64,000 bases of DNA from Deltaproteobacteria bacterium (GCA_030595125.1 JAUVDV010000001.1:43861-107860); one strand, 5' to 3'; positions 9,842 to 19,542 are shown, numbered from the stretch's first letter. Program-made: numbers and translations. The notes: a model not told the origin generated them from the sequence alone.

Positions 9842-11087
9842 ATTCAGAAGAATCGGCGGCGAGCTTCACTGTGAGGGCACACCGCTCGAAACCCTGGCAA
9901 GGCGCTTTGGCACGCCGCTTTACGTTTATAGCGAAAGCTCCATCAGAAAGAACTTCAAGCGTTTCGATAAGAGCTTCGAGGGCTCCGACCACCTGATCTG
10001 TTTCGCCGTGAAGGCCAACTCAAACCGGGCGGTATTGAGATCTCTGGGAGATCTTGGCGCAGGCGCGGACGTTGTGTCAGGCGGTGAAATCTACAGAGCT
10101 TCGCTCGCCGGGATCGACCCTGTCAGGATGGTGTACTCGGGAGTTGGTAAGAGCATCGCCGAGATGGAACAGGCCGTAGAAGCGAAGATCCTCATGTTCA
10201 ATATCGAGTCTTTCTCCGAACTGAAGGTTCTCGACGAAGTGGCCGGTCGGGCAGGGAAGCGCGCCAGGATCTCACTGAGGATCAATCCCGACGTTGATCC
10301 CCGGACTCACCCCTACGTCGCTACAGGCCTAAAAAACAGCAAGTTCGGCATTCGGATTGAAAGCGTACTGGAAGGCTACGAACGCGCGCGAGGACTAAAA
10401 AACATCGACGTCGTCGGCGTTGATTGCCACATCGGATCGCAACTCTCGTCGATCGACCCTTTCGTCGAGGCTGTCACCAGAGTAAAGGAGGTCGCCTCCA
10501 CACTCAGGGACCGTGGTTTCGATATTCGATACCTGGATCTCGGCGGAGGCCTGGGCATCACCTATGATCGCGAATCACCACCGCCGATTGAGGAGTTCGG
10601 CAGCGCGATGAGAGCCGTTCTGAAAGGGGAGCGCGCAAAGATAATCGTCGAACCCGGGAGGAGCATCGTCGGCAATGCGGGCGTCCTCCTGACGCGCGTG
10701 CTCTACACAAAAAAGGCGGAGGGGAAACGGTTCGCCATCGCCGACGCGGGGATGAACGATCTGATGCGGCCGAGCATCTACGGCTCGTTTCACGCGATCG
10801 AGCAGGTGGTTGAGAAGGGTCGCGAGCCAGAGATGACCGATGTCGTCGGCCCCGTCTGCGAAAGCGGTGACTTCCTGGCGAAGGACAGGGAAATGCCCGC
10901 GCTGCGTGCAGGAGATCTGATCGCCGTAATGAGCGCCGGCGCGTACGGTTTTTCGATGGCATCCACCTACAATTCGCGCCCACTAGCGGCGGAGGTGATG
11001 GTAAAGGGGGACCGCCACGCACTCGTCCGACAGCGTGGAAGCTACGAAGATCTTGTAAGAGGCGAGAGGGATCCGGAATTCAGCTGA
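9828..11087 (+). CDS. lysA: Diaminopimelate decarboxylase
   Basis: FAVKAN PLP lysine, HIGSQ, LDLGGG, EPGRSIV, GPVCESGD, GAYG. Confidence 0.96.
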   Translation: MMMSEFRRIGGELHCEGTPLETLARRFGTPLYVYSESSIRKNFKRFDKSFEGSDHLICFAVKANSNRAVLRSLGDLGAGADVVSGGEIYRASLAGIDPVRMVYSGVGKSIAEMEQAVEAKILMFNIESFSELKVLDEVAGRAGKRARISLRINPDVDPRTHPYVATGLKNSKFGIRIESVLEGYERARGLKNIDVVGVDCHIGSQLSSIDPFVEAVTRVKEVASTLRDRGFDIRYLDLGGGLGITYDRESPPPIEEFGSAMRAVLKGERAKIIVEPGRSIVGNAGVLLTRVLYTKKAEGKRFAIADAGMNDLMRPSIYGSFHAIEQVVEKGREPEMTDVVGPVCESGDFLAKDREMPALRAGDLIAVMSAGAYGFSMASTYNSRPLAAEVMVKGDRHALVRQRGSYEDLVRGERDPEFS

Positions 11088-11169
11088 GATTCGACATTCG
11101 TAAATGCTCTTTCGTTCGGTCGCATGACTGTATTACTCTTCGGCGGTAACCCAACCCCGGAGGTTTCTC

Positions 11170-12741
11170 ATGCGCGTGCTCTTTCTTTTTCCGATTCTGA
11201 CTTGTACGGTGTTACTCGCGTTGCCAAACGATGCGAACGCCTGCACGGTGATCACGGTGGGCAAGGACGCGTCCACCGACGGATCGGTCATGACGTCTCA
11301 CACGGTGGACAGCCACCGCACCTCCACTGATGTGCGGGTGATGCCGCGAAAGAAGCACAAGAAGGGCGCCACCATAAAGTTGTCGAAGCGCGCCGACGAC
11401 GACACCGGCCCCATGGAGCGATACGGCCGGGAGCCCATCGGCGAGATCCCCCAGGTTGCCGAAACCTACAAGTATCTGGCTCCGGCCTACGCCCCCATGA
11501 ACGAATTCCAGGTGGCCGTCGGGGAGTCGACCTTCGGTGGGCGCAAGGAGCTGCGCAGCGAGAAGGGTCTCCTCGATTGCGAGACGACCCAGGCGTTGAT
11601 GATGCAGCGGGCAAAGACAGCTCGCGAGGCAATACGCATCGGCGGCGCGCTCATAGAGAAATATGGCTGGATCGACGAGGGCGAGGCACTGACCGTGGTG
11701 GATGAGAACGAGGCATGGGTGATGGAGATAGTCGGTTCGGGCAAGGACGAGGTGGGGGCCATCTGGGTGGCGCAACGGGTGCCCGACGACCACGTGACCG
11801 TGAACGCAAACGCCTCGCGAATAATGGAGATCGATCTCGACGACCCGGACAACTTCATGGGATCGAAAGACGTCATCTCGGCGGCGGTGAAGAAGGGCTA
11901 CTGGGATCCCAAGGGGGGCCGACCGTTCCGGTTTGCCTACGCCTATAATCCCACCGGGCGCACCGGCTTCGTTTCCACACGGCGGGAATGGAGAGTCTTC
12001 GATCTGCTGGCCCCCTCCCTGAAGCTCGACCCCAACAGCAACGATTTCCCATTCTCCATCAAGCCGGAGGAGAAGGTGAGCGCACGCAGGATAATGGAGA
12101 TATTTCGCGACACCTACGAGGGCACCGACTTTGACCTGACAGACAAGTTCACGGTGACCGACGAAGAGACCGGCAAGACAATCAAGAGCCCGCTGGCCAA
12201 CCCCTTCATGTCATACGACGCCGACAAGCTGTTCAAGATGAACGGCGGCTGGGGCTGGCGGGGAGAGCGGACCATCGCGCGGTGGTACACAATGTACGTG
12301 GTGATCACCCAATCCCGATCGTGGTTGCCCGATCCGGTAGGCGGCATCGTGTGGTTCGGCTACGACAACACCGCCATGACCACCTACGTGCCGTTTTACA
12401 TCGGGATCACCGACGTGCCCGACGACTACAAGACCGACGGACGCACGACAGGCTTCTCGCGGGACAACGCCTGGTGGGCCTTCAATCGGGTGGGGACAAT
12501 CGCAGCCCACCGGTGGGGGGACATGCGAGCCGACGTGGCGCGAGTGCGGGATCCCATGCAAAAGCAGATGCTTGAGCAAATCGCGGAGCTGGACGAAACG
12601 GCAAAGAAGCTCCACGCGAAGAACCCGAAAGCCGCCGGCAGATATCTTACCAAATACGTCAAGAAGGCCTGCAAGACGGTGGTGGACACCTACTGGCGAC
12701 TCGGTGATCACCTCTGGAACAAGTACGACGAAAAATGGTAG
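11170..12741 (+). CDS. C69 family dipeptidase (Ntn hydrolase), exported
   Basis: Signal peptide followed by CTVITVGKDASTDGS N-terminal nucleophile; MNEFQVAVGESTF. Confidence 0.88.
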   Translation: MRVLFLFPILTCTVLLALPNDANACTVITVGKDASTDGSVMTSHTVDSHRTSTDVRVMPRKKHKKGATIKLSKRADDDTGPMERYGREPIGEIPQVAETYKYLAPAYAPMNEFQVAVGESTFGGRKELRSEKGLLDCETTQALMMQRAKTAREAIRIGGALIEKYGWIDEGEALTVVDENEAWVMEIVGSGKDEVGAIWVAQRVPDDHVTVNANASRIMEIDLDDPDNFMGSKDVISAAVKKGYWDPKGGRPFRFAYAYNPTGRTGFVSTRREWRVFDLLAPSLKLDPNSNDFPFSIKPEEKVSARRIMEIFRDTYEGTDFDLTDKFTVTDEETGKTIKSPLANPFMSYDADKLFKMNGGWGWRGERTIARWYTMYVVITQSRSWLPDPVGGIVWFGYDNTAMTTYVPFYIGITDVPDDYKTDGRTTGFSRDNAWWAFNRVGTIAAHRWGDMRADVARVRDPMQKQMLEQIAELDETAKKLHAKNPKAAGRYLTKYVKKACKTVVDTYWRLGDHLWNKYDEKW

Positions 12742-13439
12742 GCCACTCACCAGGAGCCAAGGGAATCGCACTTCCCGCCTGGATCTGGATCTTTATAGCC
12801 ATAGTCGGTGGTTCATTGTTTCATGTTGTAATCCATCATCACTACCACGGTGTGATCAACGTTCACCAGATTGCCCTGGCCTTCTTTCTGGTCCTGAATG
12901 TCTTGATTAACTTCTGGGAAATCGGACTCCTTGTCTGTCGCGACACGATTCGTAAGGAGTATGAAGCAACCCATGAGAGCTACAAGGGTCGGGAAACAGC
13001 CCGGGCTGACCAGCTGTTTTCGCGACGAATCCCCATACTCAAGCCATTGTTTTTTTCGCAATGGACAGGCATCTGGTCAACCTATGCGCTCTTTGATCCC
13101 GGTTACGTCCAGCGAAACTCATTTGGTTTTATTATCGACGTGGGCAACGGTGTCACGACACTGGTTCCCGCAGCGCTTTTCGCGTTCGGGATGACCTTCC
13201 CCATGATGCCTGCACGCGTTCTGGGCATCATAGGTGTGATGATGTTCTGGCAGATGTTCTACGGAACGATCTTGTACTTCTTTCAGTTCTTTTTCTCCAG
13301 ACGCCATGTCGGTCATTCCCGCAAGAACATTGTTCTCTTTGTCGGCGCCACAAATGGCATGTGGTTCATCTTTCCGATCTGGGGCATGATCGTGTCCGTC
13401 TGGATGATACTCCAGAATTCGTACACAATTTTCTCGTAG
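12735..13439 (+). CDS. Integral membrane protein, possibly EXPERA/emopamil-binding-protein-like
   Basis: Multiple TM helices; WSTYALFDPGY resembles the EBP-type WxxYxxxDxRY motif. Confidence 0.5.
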   Translation: MVGHSPGAKGIALPAWIWIFIAIVGGSLFHVVIHHHYHGVINVHQIALAFFLVLNVLINFWEIGLLVCRDTIRKEYEATHESYKGRETARADQLFSRRIPILKPLFFSQWTGIWSTYALFDPGYVQRNSFGFIIDVGNGVTTLVPAALFAFGMTFPMMPARVLGIIGVMMFWQMFYGTILYFFQFFFSRRHVGHSRKNIVLFVGATNGMWFIFPIWGMIVSVWMILQNSYTIFS

Positions 13440-13459
13440 GGGTCTGTGCCTTATCGAAG

Positions 13460-13525
13460 GCGACAGACTTATTTATCGAGTAACATCATGAAAACTTGGA
13501 AGAATAAAAGTGACTGGCACCGTTT
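13460..13525 (+). repeat. ~70-bp intergenic repeat, copy 1, ending in AAAAGTGACTGGCACCG
   Basis: Aligns to 16047-16113 (GCG.CAGAC..ATTT.TCGA.GTAACATCA.G........GAAGAATAAAAGTGACTGGCACCGTTT). Confidence 0.8.
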
Positions 13526-13533
13526 TTGGGGGT

Positions 13534-14550
13534 CTACCAGGTCCTCCCCTCCTCCCGGTCGGTCATCAGTATGCCGTTGATGTGGTCGTATTCGTGTAAC
13601 CACACCTTGGCGTCGAAGTCCTCGAGGTCATAGTTCTCGACATGGTCACCTTCGGGCGTGTCAAACTCCACTGCTATCCACGCCGGGCGGCCGACGAAAC
13701 TCGACACTCCATCTATCGAGAGGCACCCCTCTGCATAGCCGTAATACAGATCGTCCTGTGCCCAGTCGACGATCCTCGGGTTGACGAACACCCGCTGCTC
13801 GCTGTTCACGTCGGCGGCGAACATCCGTCTCCCCACCGCTACCTGGGGCGCCGCGAGCCCCACGGCGCCGAGCGGGAACTGGGAGTCCAGCAGCTTGAGC
13901 GCAAAAGCGCCCACCTCCGGGTCGTCAGGGCGCACCGGGATGGAGATATTGTAGAGCGTGCTGTCTGGATCGTCCCAGTCCTTGACCAGGTTCGACTCCA
14001 GGAACGCGTCTTCGCCCCCCGCGTGCATCGCCGCCAATTCCGACGTTGACAGATCTGCGGTGACCTCAGGATCGTACTCCTCGTCGAACGGCGTGTCGTC
14101 CACGGTGAAACCAAAAACGAAATCCTCGGCCAACCGGATCTCGGGATCGCCGGCCAGGGCCGCGCCGGCGACGATCGTTACCTCGTGCTGTTCGGCGGGA
14201 GCCCACACGGGGAAGGGTACAAAGCGGAACTCCCGGTTGCCCGCCTCATTAGTAAAATAGGGCCGAGCCCGAACCGGCTCCCCGTCGACGAGGACGACCA
14301 CCGTCTCCGGATCTACGTAGTCCTGCTCCGGGGGCGCCCCGGAGAAGAGAATATGGATCTTCTGGTTAATCTGAACCACCGCGCCGTCTTCGGGCTCGTG
14401 GGCTTCGACGAAGAGGCCATCCGTGTCGATTTCAGTCTCGGTATCGCCGCCGTCGACTGCGTCGCTTTCCCCCTCCTCGGCGCACGAGGACGCCCAGAAG
14501 ATCGCCAGGCAGCACAGGAAAGTCGTATAATCCGTATAACGATGTGTCAT
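13534..14550 (-). CDS. def: Lipoprotein: Ig-like (SbsA/Big_5-type) domain fused to peptide deformylase
   Basis: PDF motifs VGLAAPQV, EGCLS, HEYDHING; leader ending WASSC, acidic linker, then P-x-DGA...IHILFS Ig-like domain. Confidence 0.8.
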   Translation of the reverse strand: MTHRYTDYTTFLCCLAIFWASSCAEEGESDAVDGGDTETEIDTDGLFVEAHEPEDGAVVQINQKIHILFSGAPPEQDYVDPETVVVLVDGEPVRARPYFTNEAGNREFRFVPFPVWAPAEQHEVTIVAGAALAGDPEIRLAEDFVFGFTVDDTPFDEEYDPEVTADLSTSELAAMHAGGEDAFLESNLVKDWDDPDSTLYNISIPVRPDDPEVGAFALKLLDSQFPLGAVGLAAPQVAVGRRMFAADVNSEQRVFVNPRIVDWAQDDLYYGYAEGCLSIDGVSSFVGRPAWIAVEFDTPEGDHVENYDLEDFDAKVWLHEYDHINGILMTDREEGRTW

Positions 14551-14555
14551 AATTG

Positions 14556-14577
14556 AGGTATTATATCTTAAGATGAG
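14556..14577 (-). promoter_or_regulatory. Conserved promoter element, copy C, with TATAAT -10 (near-leaderless transcript of def lipoprotein)
   Basis: Minus strand reads CTCATCTTAAGATATAATACCT; ATG 9 nt after TATAAT. Confidence 0.55.
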
Positions 14578-14587
14578 GTTGGGAGTG

Positions 14588-15976
14588 ATGAAATCCGCAC
14601 AAATCAACTTTGGGCAAACCGAGGTCCTCATCCAATTGCCCGACGAAGTGGAAATCCTTTCCATGAAGTCGCCTGCGGTGTTGTCCGATCCTGCGCAGGC
14701 CATTCAAGACGCATTGCAGCATTGTATCGGCACCGCGAGCCTGGAAAGTATCATCACCTCTAAATTGCAGGCCAAGCCCGATGCAAATGCCGTAATCGTA
14801 ATCTCAGACAATACCCGGCCGGTCCCATACCGGGGAGAGAATGGGATTCTACGGCCAATCGTGGACAAGCTACTTGGAGCGGGAATCCCGCCAGACCGGA
14901 TTATGATTCTGGTAGCAACCGGAACGCACAATCCTGTTCCGGAAGCAATGTTGCGGGAAATGCTTGACCCAGGAATTTTCGAAAAGGGCATTACCATCAA
15001 GAACCACAACTGCGTGGACCAGAGTTCTCTCGTTCACCTTGGTAAAAGCGATTGCGGCAACAAGATGGTGGTGAACCGCGATTATGTGCGAGCCGACATC
15101 AAGATCATCACAGGGTTGGTCGAAAGTCATTTCATGGCCGGGGCCTCGGGGGGACGCAAGGCCATTTGCCCGGGGCTTATTGGCGAGGAAAGTACATTTG
15201 TATTCCATGGTGCCAGGATTCTGGATGATCCATTGTCACGCGATTTGGTTTTGGTCGGGAATCCCTGCCACGAAGAAGCTGTGCAAATAGCCGAAGCTGC
15301 CGGCTGTGATTTTTCAGTGAATGTAACGCTTAACGAAAAATACGAGTTGACGGGCGTTTTTGCCGGCGATTTGCTTGGGCCGCACCAGCATGCAGTCAAT
15401 AAAATCCGCGAATATGTCACGATCCCCATACAGGAAGAATACGATATCGTGATTTCACACGCGGGCTTTGTGGGTATCAATCATTACCAGGCAGCCAAGG
15501 CTGCCGTGGTGGCCATTCCTGCGATCAGGCGGGGCGGCAAGATGATTCTGGTGGCGAATACCACGGATGTGGATCCGGTAGGGAGCGGGCGGTATCGAAG
15601 CGTGCTCAAATTCCTCAAGCAACTGGGGCCGGAAAAATTCCGCCGGCTCATTTTGTCCGACACGTGGGAGTTTGTGCCCGATCAGTGGGAGGCGCAAATG
15701 TGGGCGCGTTTGTTTAGCAAGACACCGGCAGAGAATTTCGTGTTTTACGCGCCACAGCTGAAGGTCGAGGATTTCAGTATTCTCTCGGGGGTCGATGGGA
15801 ACGTTTTCCTTCCTGGCGAACGGCAATATCAAGACAGCCTGGAGAATATCCCTTTTGTTGTGGAACAGGCGCTTCGCAAGATCGTTGCGGACCTGCGGGG
15901 CCAAGGAGTGGCCAATCCGCGCATTGCTTTTCTGGTGGATGGGCCCTATGGGGTTCCGGTGAAAGTGGAAAGGTGA
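14588..15976 (+). CDS. larA: Nickel-pincer-dependent lactate racemase (LarA) family protein
   Basis: ISDNTRPVP, VATGTH, HFMAGASGGRKAICPG, GNPCHEE motifs. Confidence 0.85.
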   Translation: MKSAQINFGQTEVLIQLPDEVEILSMKSPAVLSDPAQAIQDALQHCIGTASLESIITSKLQAKPDANAVIVISDNTRPVPYRGENGILRPIVDKLLGAGIPPDRIMILVATGTHNPVPEAMLREMLDPGIFEKGITIKNHNCVDQSSLVHLGKSDCGNKMVVNRDYVRADIKIITGLVESHFMAGASGGRKAICPGLIGEESTFVFHGARILDDPLSRDLVLVGNPCHEEAVQIAEAAGCDFSVNVTLNEKYELTGVFAGDLLGPHQHAVNKIREYVTIPIQEEYDIVISHAGFVGINHYQAAKAAVVAIPAIRRGGKMILVANTTDVDPVGSGRYRSVLKFLKQLGPEKFRRLILSDTWEFVPDQWEAQMWARLFSKTPAENFVFYAPQLKVEDFSILSGVDGNVFLPGERQYQDSLENIPFVVEQALRKIVADLRGQGVANPRIAFLVDGPYGVPVKVER

Positions 15977-16046
15977 TGGGCGCGGGACGTGTGGGAACGA
16001 GCCGTAGTCTTTGAAGTGACCTTTGAAGTGATGTCTGCCGAAAGGA

Positions 16047-16113
16047 GCGCCAGACACATTTGTCGAAGTAACATCACGTAATAAAAGAAGAATAAAAGTG
16101 ACTGGCACCGTTT
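16047..16113 (+). repeat. ~70-bp intergenic repeat, copy 2
   Basis: Direct repeat of 13460-13525; the last 27 bp are identical. Confidence 0.8.
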
Positions 16114-16135
16114 CAGGGGGGGGGAACCTGATCGG

Positions 16136-16897
16136 TTAGTCGGGTTTAGAATAGGTCTGGTCCCTTTGCAGATCTTCAGGCAGGTCGGCGGCGTTCTTCT
16201 TGATTTCCTTGAAACCGCGGTGGCAAAGCTCCGCCAGACAGCAATCCTCCCCCCGGCGCTCCCTTGTCCCGTTGACGATCACGCGGATGGCGGTGATCTT
16301 GGCGGCGTGGTCCATCACCCTCTCGGTCAGCTTGCGGTACATCCCCCAACCAAGCTTCTCCACCCTGGGGATGATGAAAAACCGATCGATGGAGACCTTT
16401 ATCAGCGCGACCAGAGCGACAAATCCAGCCAACAAGATAATCGACTGGAGGCCTTTCTCTCCCAAATGGGCGATAGCTGTGACCACGAGAATGAGCGCAA
16501 CGGAGATCGCGATATCGATAAAAGATATGGCGAAAGACAAAAGTTCATACTTGCGGCCGGTGGCGGTTATGTGTTTGCGCACCCGGTTTCGCATGTCATC
16601 GAAGTATTTGTTGTACTCGAGTGGTCTGGGCTGAGCCCTGTCGGACTGCTCGGGCAAATGCTCGGAGAATTCCTTGAAGATACGGGAGGCGTCATTGAAC
16701 GCCCAGTGCAGGTCATGCTTGGCCCTATCTTCGTAGACCCCGTACAGGTCGCCGAAGATATCCCTGGAGCTATCGATGTACCCCTTTTTGGCCTCGAACA
16801 GTTCGTTCGAGTACGTGTCGGGGTATACCTCCTTCGCGAAAGATTTCATGGTGTTGTAGAACATCTTCACGCTCCCGCTATCGATTGATCCTGGCAC
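16136..16897 (-). CDS. Hypothetical membrane protein (two TM)
   Basis: 253-aa ORF with two hydrophobic segments; start uncertain. Confidence 0.55.
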   Translation of the reverse strand: MPGSIDSGSVKMFYNTMKSFAKEVYPDTYSNELFEAKKGYIDSSRDIFGDLYGVYEDRAKHDLHWAFNDASRIFKEFSEHLPEQSDRAQPRPLEYNKYFDDMRNRVRKHITATGRKYELLSFAISFIDIAISVALILVVTAIAHLGEKGLQSIILLAGFVALVALIKVSIDRFFIIPRVEKLGWGMYRKLTERVMDHAAKITAIRVIVNGTRERRGEDCCLAELCHRGFKEIKKNAADLPEDLQRDQTYSKPD

Positions 16898-16909
16898 TGA
16901 TTCGCGCCA

Positions 16910-17257
16910 CTAGGGCTCATTTTCAAAGATTGATATGTCTTTCATTACCTTTTTGAACCTGCGAACTCTGGGGACAGAAGCAAACAATCCGACAATTATG
17001 CCCACCAGCCCACCGGAAAAAGAGAAAGAAATGACTCTATTACGCATCAATACTTCAGAATAAGGTTGAACCACCGCCGAATTCAAATCATCCCCTCCTT
17101 CCAAACCCGCAGGAGCGCACGGACACATCTCTCTATTTTCCCAAAAGAAATACCAGTACGAGCCCATTCCTCCCAGGGATACCCCAAGAATGGCCATGAG
17201 CCCCAGTGACTTGATCCAATATGAAAGTCCACCTGTCATGGATACAGACATAACCAC
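16910..17257 (-). CDS. Hypothetical small membrane protein, low GC
   Basis: 115 aa, two hydrophobic segments; AT-rich. Confidence 0.45.
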   Translation of the reverse strand: MVMSVSMTGGLSYWIKSLGLMAILGVSLGGMGSYWYFFWENREMCPCAPAGLEGGDDLNSAVVQPYSEVLMRNRVISFSFSGGLVGIIVGLFASVPRVRRFKKVMKDISIFENEP

Positions 17258-17339
17258 TATTTTTCAAATTGCCTTCGTCGAAGCCAAAAGGGCCGTGAAT
17301 GCGCGGAAACGAGTCAGAGTCTGTTAAAAGAGGTGTTCT

Positions 17340-18137
17340 ATGCATGTGAGAGCGCTGATCATAGTCATCGGATTTTCTCTGGTCGTGCCGGTCATGGCCG
17401 GAGCGAGTGAAGAGGATGGAGACGACCCGCATTCGGTCGGCAGGAACGGATATTTTCTCCAGTTCGGCTGGGATGCCGGGGCGGATCTGTTTGCTGGCGT
17501 CGGCCAGATCGGGCTGCATCGCAGTCGAGCGGACGAGTTTTTCGGCATTTTCCAATTCGCTATCTGGCAGAGTTACGCAAGAAACTTCATTGGCCTTCTC
17601 CAGATCGGCGCCTGGAACGTGGAGCAGGACCTGTTCATCGGCGTACTCCAGCTCGGCGCGTACAACGAGGCACGCCGGGAGCTGTACGCCCTGGCCCAGG
17701 TGGGCGTTTACAACGAAGTAACTCGCGCCTATGTGGGAGGTCTGATGATCGGCGTGGTCAACCGTACCGGCGACGGGGACATTCTGGGTCCGAGCCAGTT
17801 TGGGGTGGTCAACATCGCCGACGATATCTACTCCATCCTCGGTCAGTACGGGGTCTACAACAAGGCCGGCGATAACTTCGTGGGCATTCTCCAGTTCGGG
17901 CTCTACAACTTCGCCGGGCGATTCATCGGCATTGCCCAGGTGGGAGTCGTCAATCGCTTCTACGAATACGGGGGGCTGTTGCAGGTTGGGGTGGTCAACT
18001 TCGCCAGCGAGATAAACGGGGCCCAGATCGGACTCGTCAACCACACCCTGGAGCTGCACGGTTTCCAGATCGGTCTGGTCAACCTGAGCCGCAAGGGTGG
18101 GCTTCCGTTCATGCCGTTCGTAAACGCCGGGTTTTAA
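17340..18137 (+). CDS. Exported repeat protein (LA_2272-like GxQxGxxN repeats)
   Basis: Signal peptide; ~16-aa repeats G-x-x-Q-x-G-x-x-N; C-terminal PFMPFVNAGF. Confidence 0.7.
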   Translation: MHVRALIIVIGFSLVVPVMAGASEEDGDDPHSVGRNGYFLQFGWDAGADLFAGVGQIGLHRSRADEFFGIFQFAIWQSYARNFIGLLQIGAWNVEQDLFIGVLQLGAYNEARRELYALAQVGVYNEVTRAYVGGLMIGVVNRTGDGDILGPSQFGVVNIADDIYSILGQYGVYNKAGDNFVGILQFGLYNFAGRFIGIAQVGVVNRFYEYGGLLQVGVVNFASEINGAQIGLVNHTLELHGFQIGLVNLSRKGGLPFMPFVNAGF

Positions 18138-18238
18138 AATTTGAGCCATGTTCCGCGCCCGTCGTCTCATCATGTAATGAGAAGTCCAAAAGGAAACTCG
18201 AGTGCAAAATTGCGCGCGAATCGAAAGGATCAGGAAAA

Positions 18239-19363
18239 ATGAGATTATTCGTTATGATTATCGTCTCGTTGCTCGTCGCGGCGGCGGCTCCGGGTTGTGG
18301 CGATTCGGACAGAGAAGATAACAGCGACGGCACAGACACGGACACGGACACAGACACAGACACGGACACGGACACAGACACGGACACGGACACCGACACA
18401 GACACAGACACGGACACAGACACGGACACCAACCCCGATGGCTGCGAGGGGGTCGACTTCCTTTTCATGGTCGACAACTCCATCTCTATGGAGGATGAGC
18501 AGCAGAACCTGATCGACAGTTTCCCCGGCCTGATCTCTGCTATCACCGAAACCCTTCAACTCGACGACTTCCACATCATGGTGGTGGATTCCGATTCCAT
18601 CTACACATCGCCGAGCGAGTGGGAGACCCACGCCTGCACCAGCGCCGGATGCTGCGCCACCTGGTGTGGCACGGTGCCGGACTATTACGACTGCACAGAG
18701 ACCGGCGTCGCTCCGTATTACTCCTGCGCCGAGTGGCTCCTGGGCGATACGACCTCACCCGACTGCGACTCATTGCTCGGGGCCGGTCACCTCGGCAGCA
18801 ACACCGGAACCACATGCGTGATCGATGGGGATAATCGCTACCTCATCGAAGGCCAGACCGATCTGAACGACGCGTTCGCCTGCATCGCGGACGTGGGCAC
18901 TGACGGCAATGGTAACGAGCGGATGATGGAGGCGATGGTCAACGCGGTCGGCGTATTCAACGAGCCCGACGGATGTAATGAGGCCTTCATCCGGGACGAG
19001 GCAGTGCTCGTCGTGACGTTCATCACCGATGAGGACGAGGCCTGCACCGCAATCGGCGAGGAGTGCTCACAGGGGAACGCAATGACCTGGAAGCAGGCGC
19101 TGGTCGATGCCAAGGGCGGCAACGAGGAGGCCGTCGTGCTGCTGGGAATATTTGGCGATATCGGGCAACCGGGGGAAATTTGCGATCCGCTCGATCCCTA
19201 CTCGGGGGCTGGCGCCGAGGCAGCGCCGTTGCTCAACGCCCTGGTCGATTCTTTCGGCGACAGGGGACACTTCTGCAGCGTCTGCCTGGCCGATTACACT
19301 GATTGCTTCCTCGAGGCGGTGAGCATCATCGAGATGGCATGCGATGACCTGGTAATCGAGTGA
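18239..19363 (+). CDS. Lipoprotein with (Asp-Thr)n linker and vWA-like domain
   Basis: Lipobox APGC; DT tract; VDFLFMVDNSISM MIDAS-like motif; LVVTFITDEDE. Confidence 0.75.
   Translation: MRLFVMIIVSLLVAAAAPGCGDSDREDNSDGTDTDTDTDTDTDTDTDTDTDTDTDTDTDTDTDTNPDGCEGVDFLFMVDNSISMEDEQQNLIDSFPGLISAITETLQLDDFHIMVVDSDSIYTSPSEWETHACTSAGCCATWCGTVPDYYDCTETGVAPYYSCAEWLLGDTTSPDCDSLLGAGHLGSNTGTTCVIDGDNRYLIEGQTDLNDAFACIADVGTDGNGNERMMEAMVNAVGVFNEPDGCNEAFIRDEAVLVVTFITDEDEACTAIGEECSQGNAMTWKQALVDAKGGNEEAVVLLGIFGDIGQPGEICDPLDPYSGAGAEAAPLLNALVDSFGDRGHFCSVCLADYTDCFLEAVSIIEMACDDLVIE
18332..18430 (+). repeat. Hexanucleotide tandem repeat (GACACN)n encoding Asp-Thr
   Basis: About 16 in-frame units of GACACG/GACACA/GACACC. 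Confidence 0.95.
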
Positions 19364-19542
19364 CTTTCTCAGAACAGCAAGATCCCGCCAGTTTCGAAGA
19401 AATGAAAACCGCACTCACCCTGATGAAACTCATTCATCAGAGCGAAGAAGCTGTTCAAAAAGGTGAAGTTACCAGCCAGGAAGACGTTTTCGAGGAACTG
19501 AAACAGCGACTCGAAAATCGATGTAAAAAACGTACGCGGTAA
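19360..19542 (+). pseudogene. Phd/YefM-type antitoxin remnant with internal deletion
   Basis: MTFSE joined almost directly to QDPASFEEM...LMKLIHQSEEAV; the N-terminal DNA-binding core is missing. Confidence 0.65.

Noticed and set aside
13506-13530. TGGCAC within the 17-mer read as a sigma54 promoter
   Set aside because: None of the four copies has TTGC at -12, and two lie between convergent gene ends
18332-18430. Tandem repeats as a CRISPR array or phase-variation switch
   Set aside because: No unique spacers or cas genes; 6/12-bp units keep the frame, so no ON/OFF switching
18109-18546. Poly(Ser-Val) and poly(Arg-Thr) ORFs over repeat tracts (also at 26231, 32969, 45371)
   Set aside because: Alternative-frame readings of the Asp-Thr hexamer repeats, which lack stop codons
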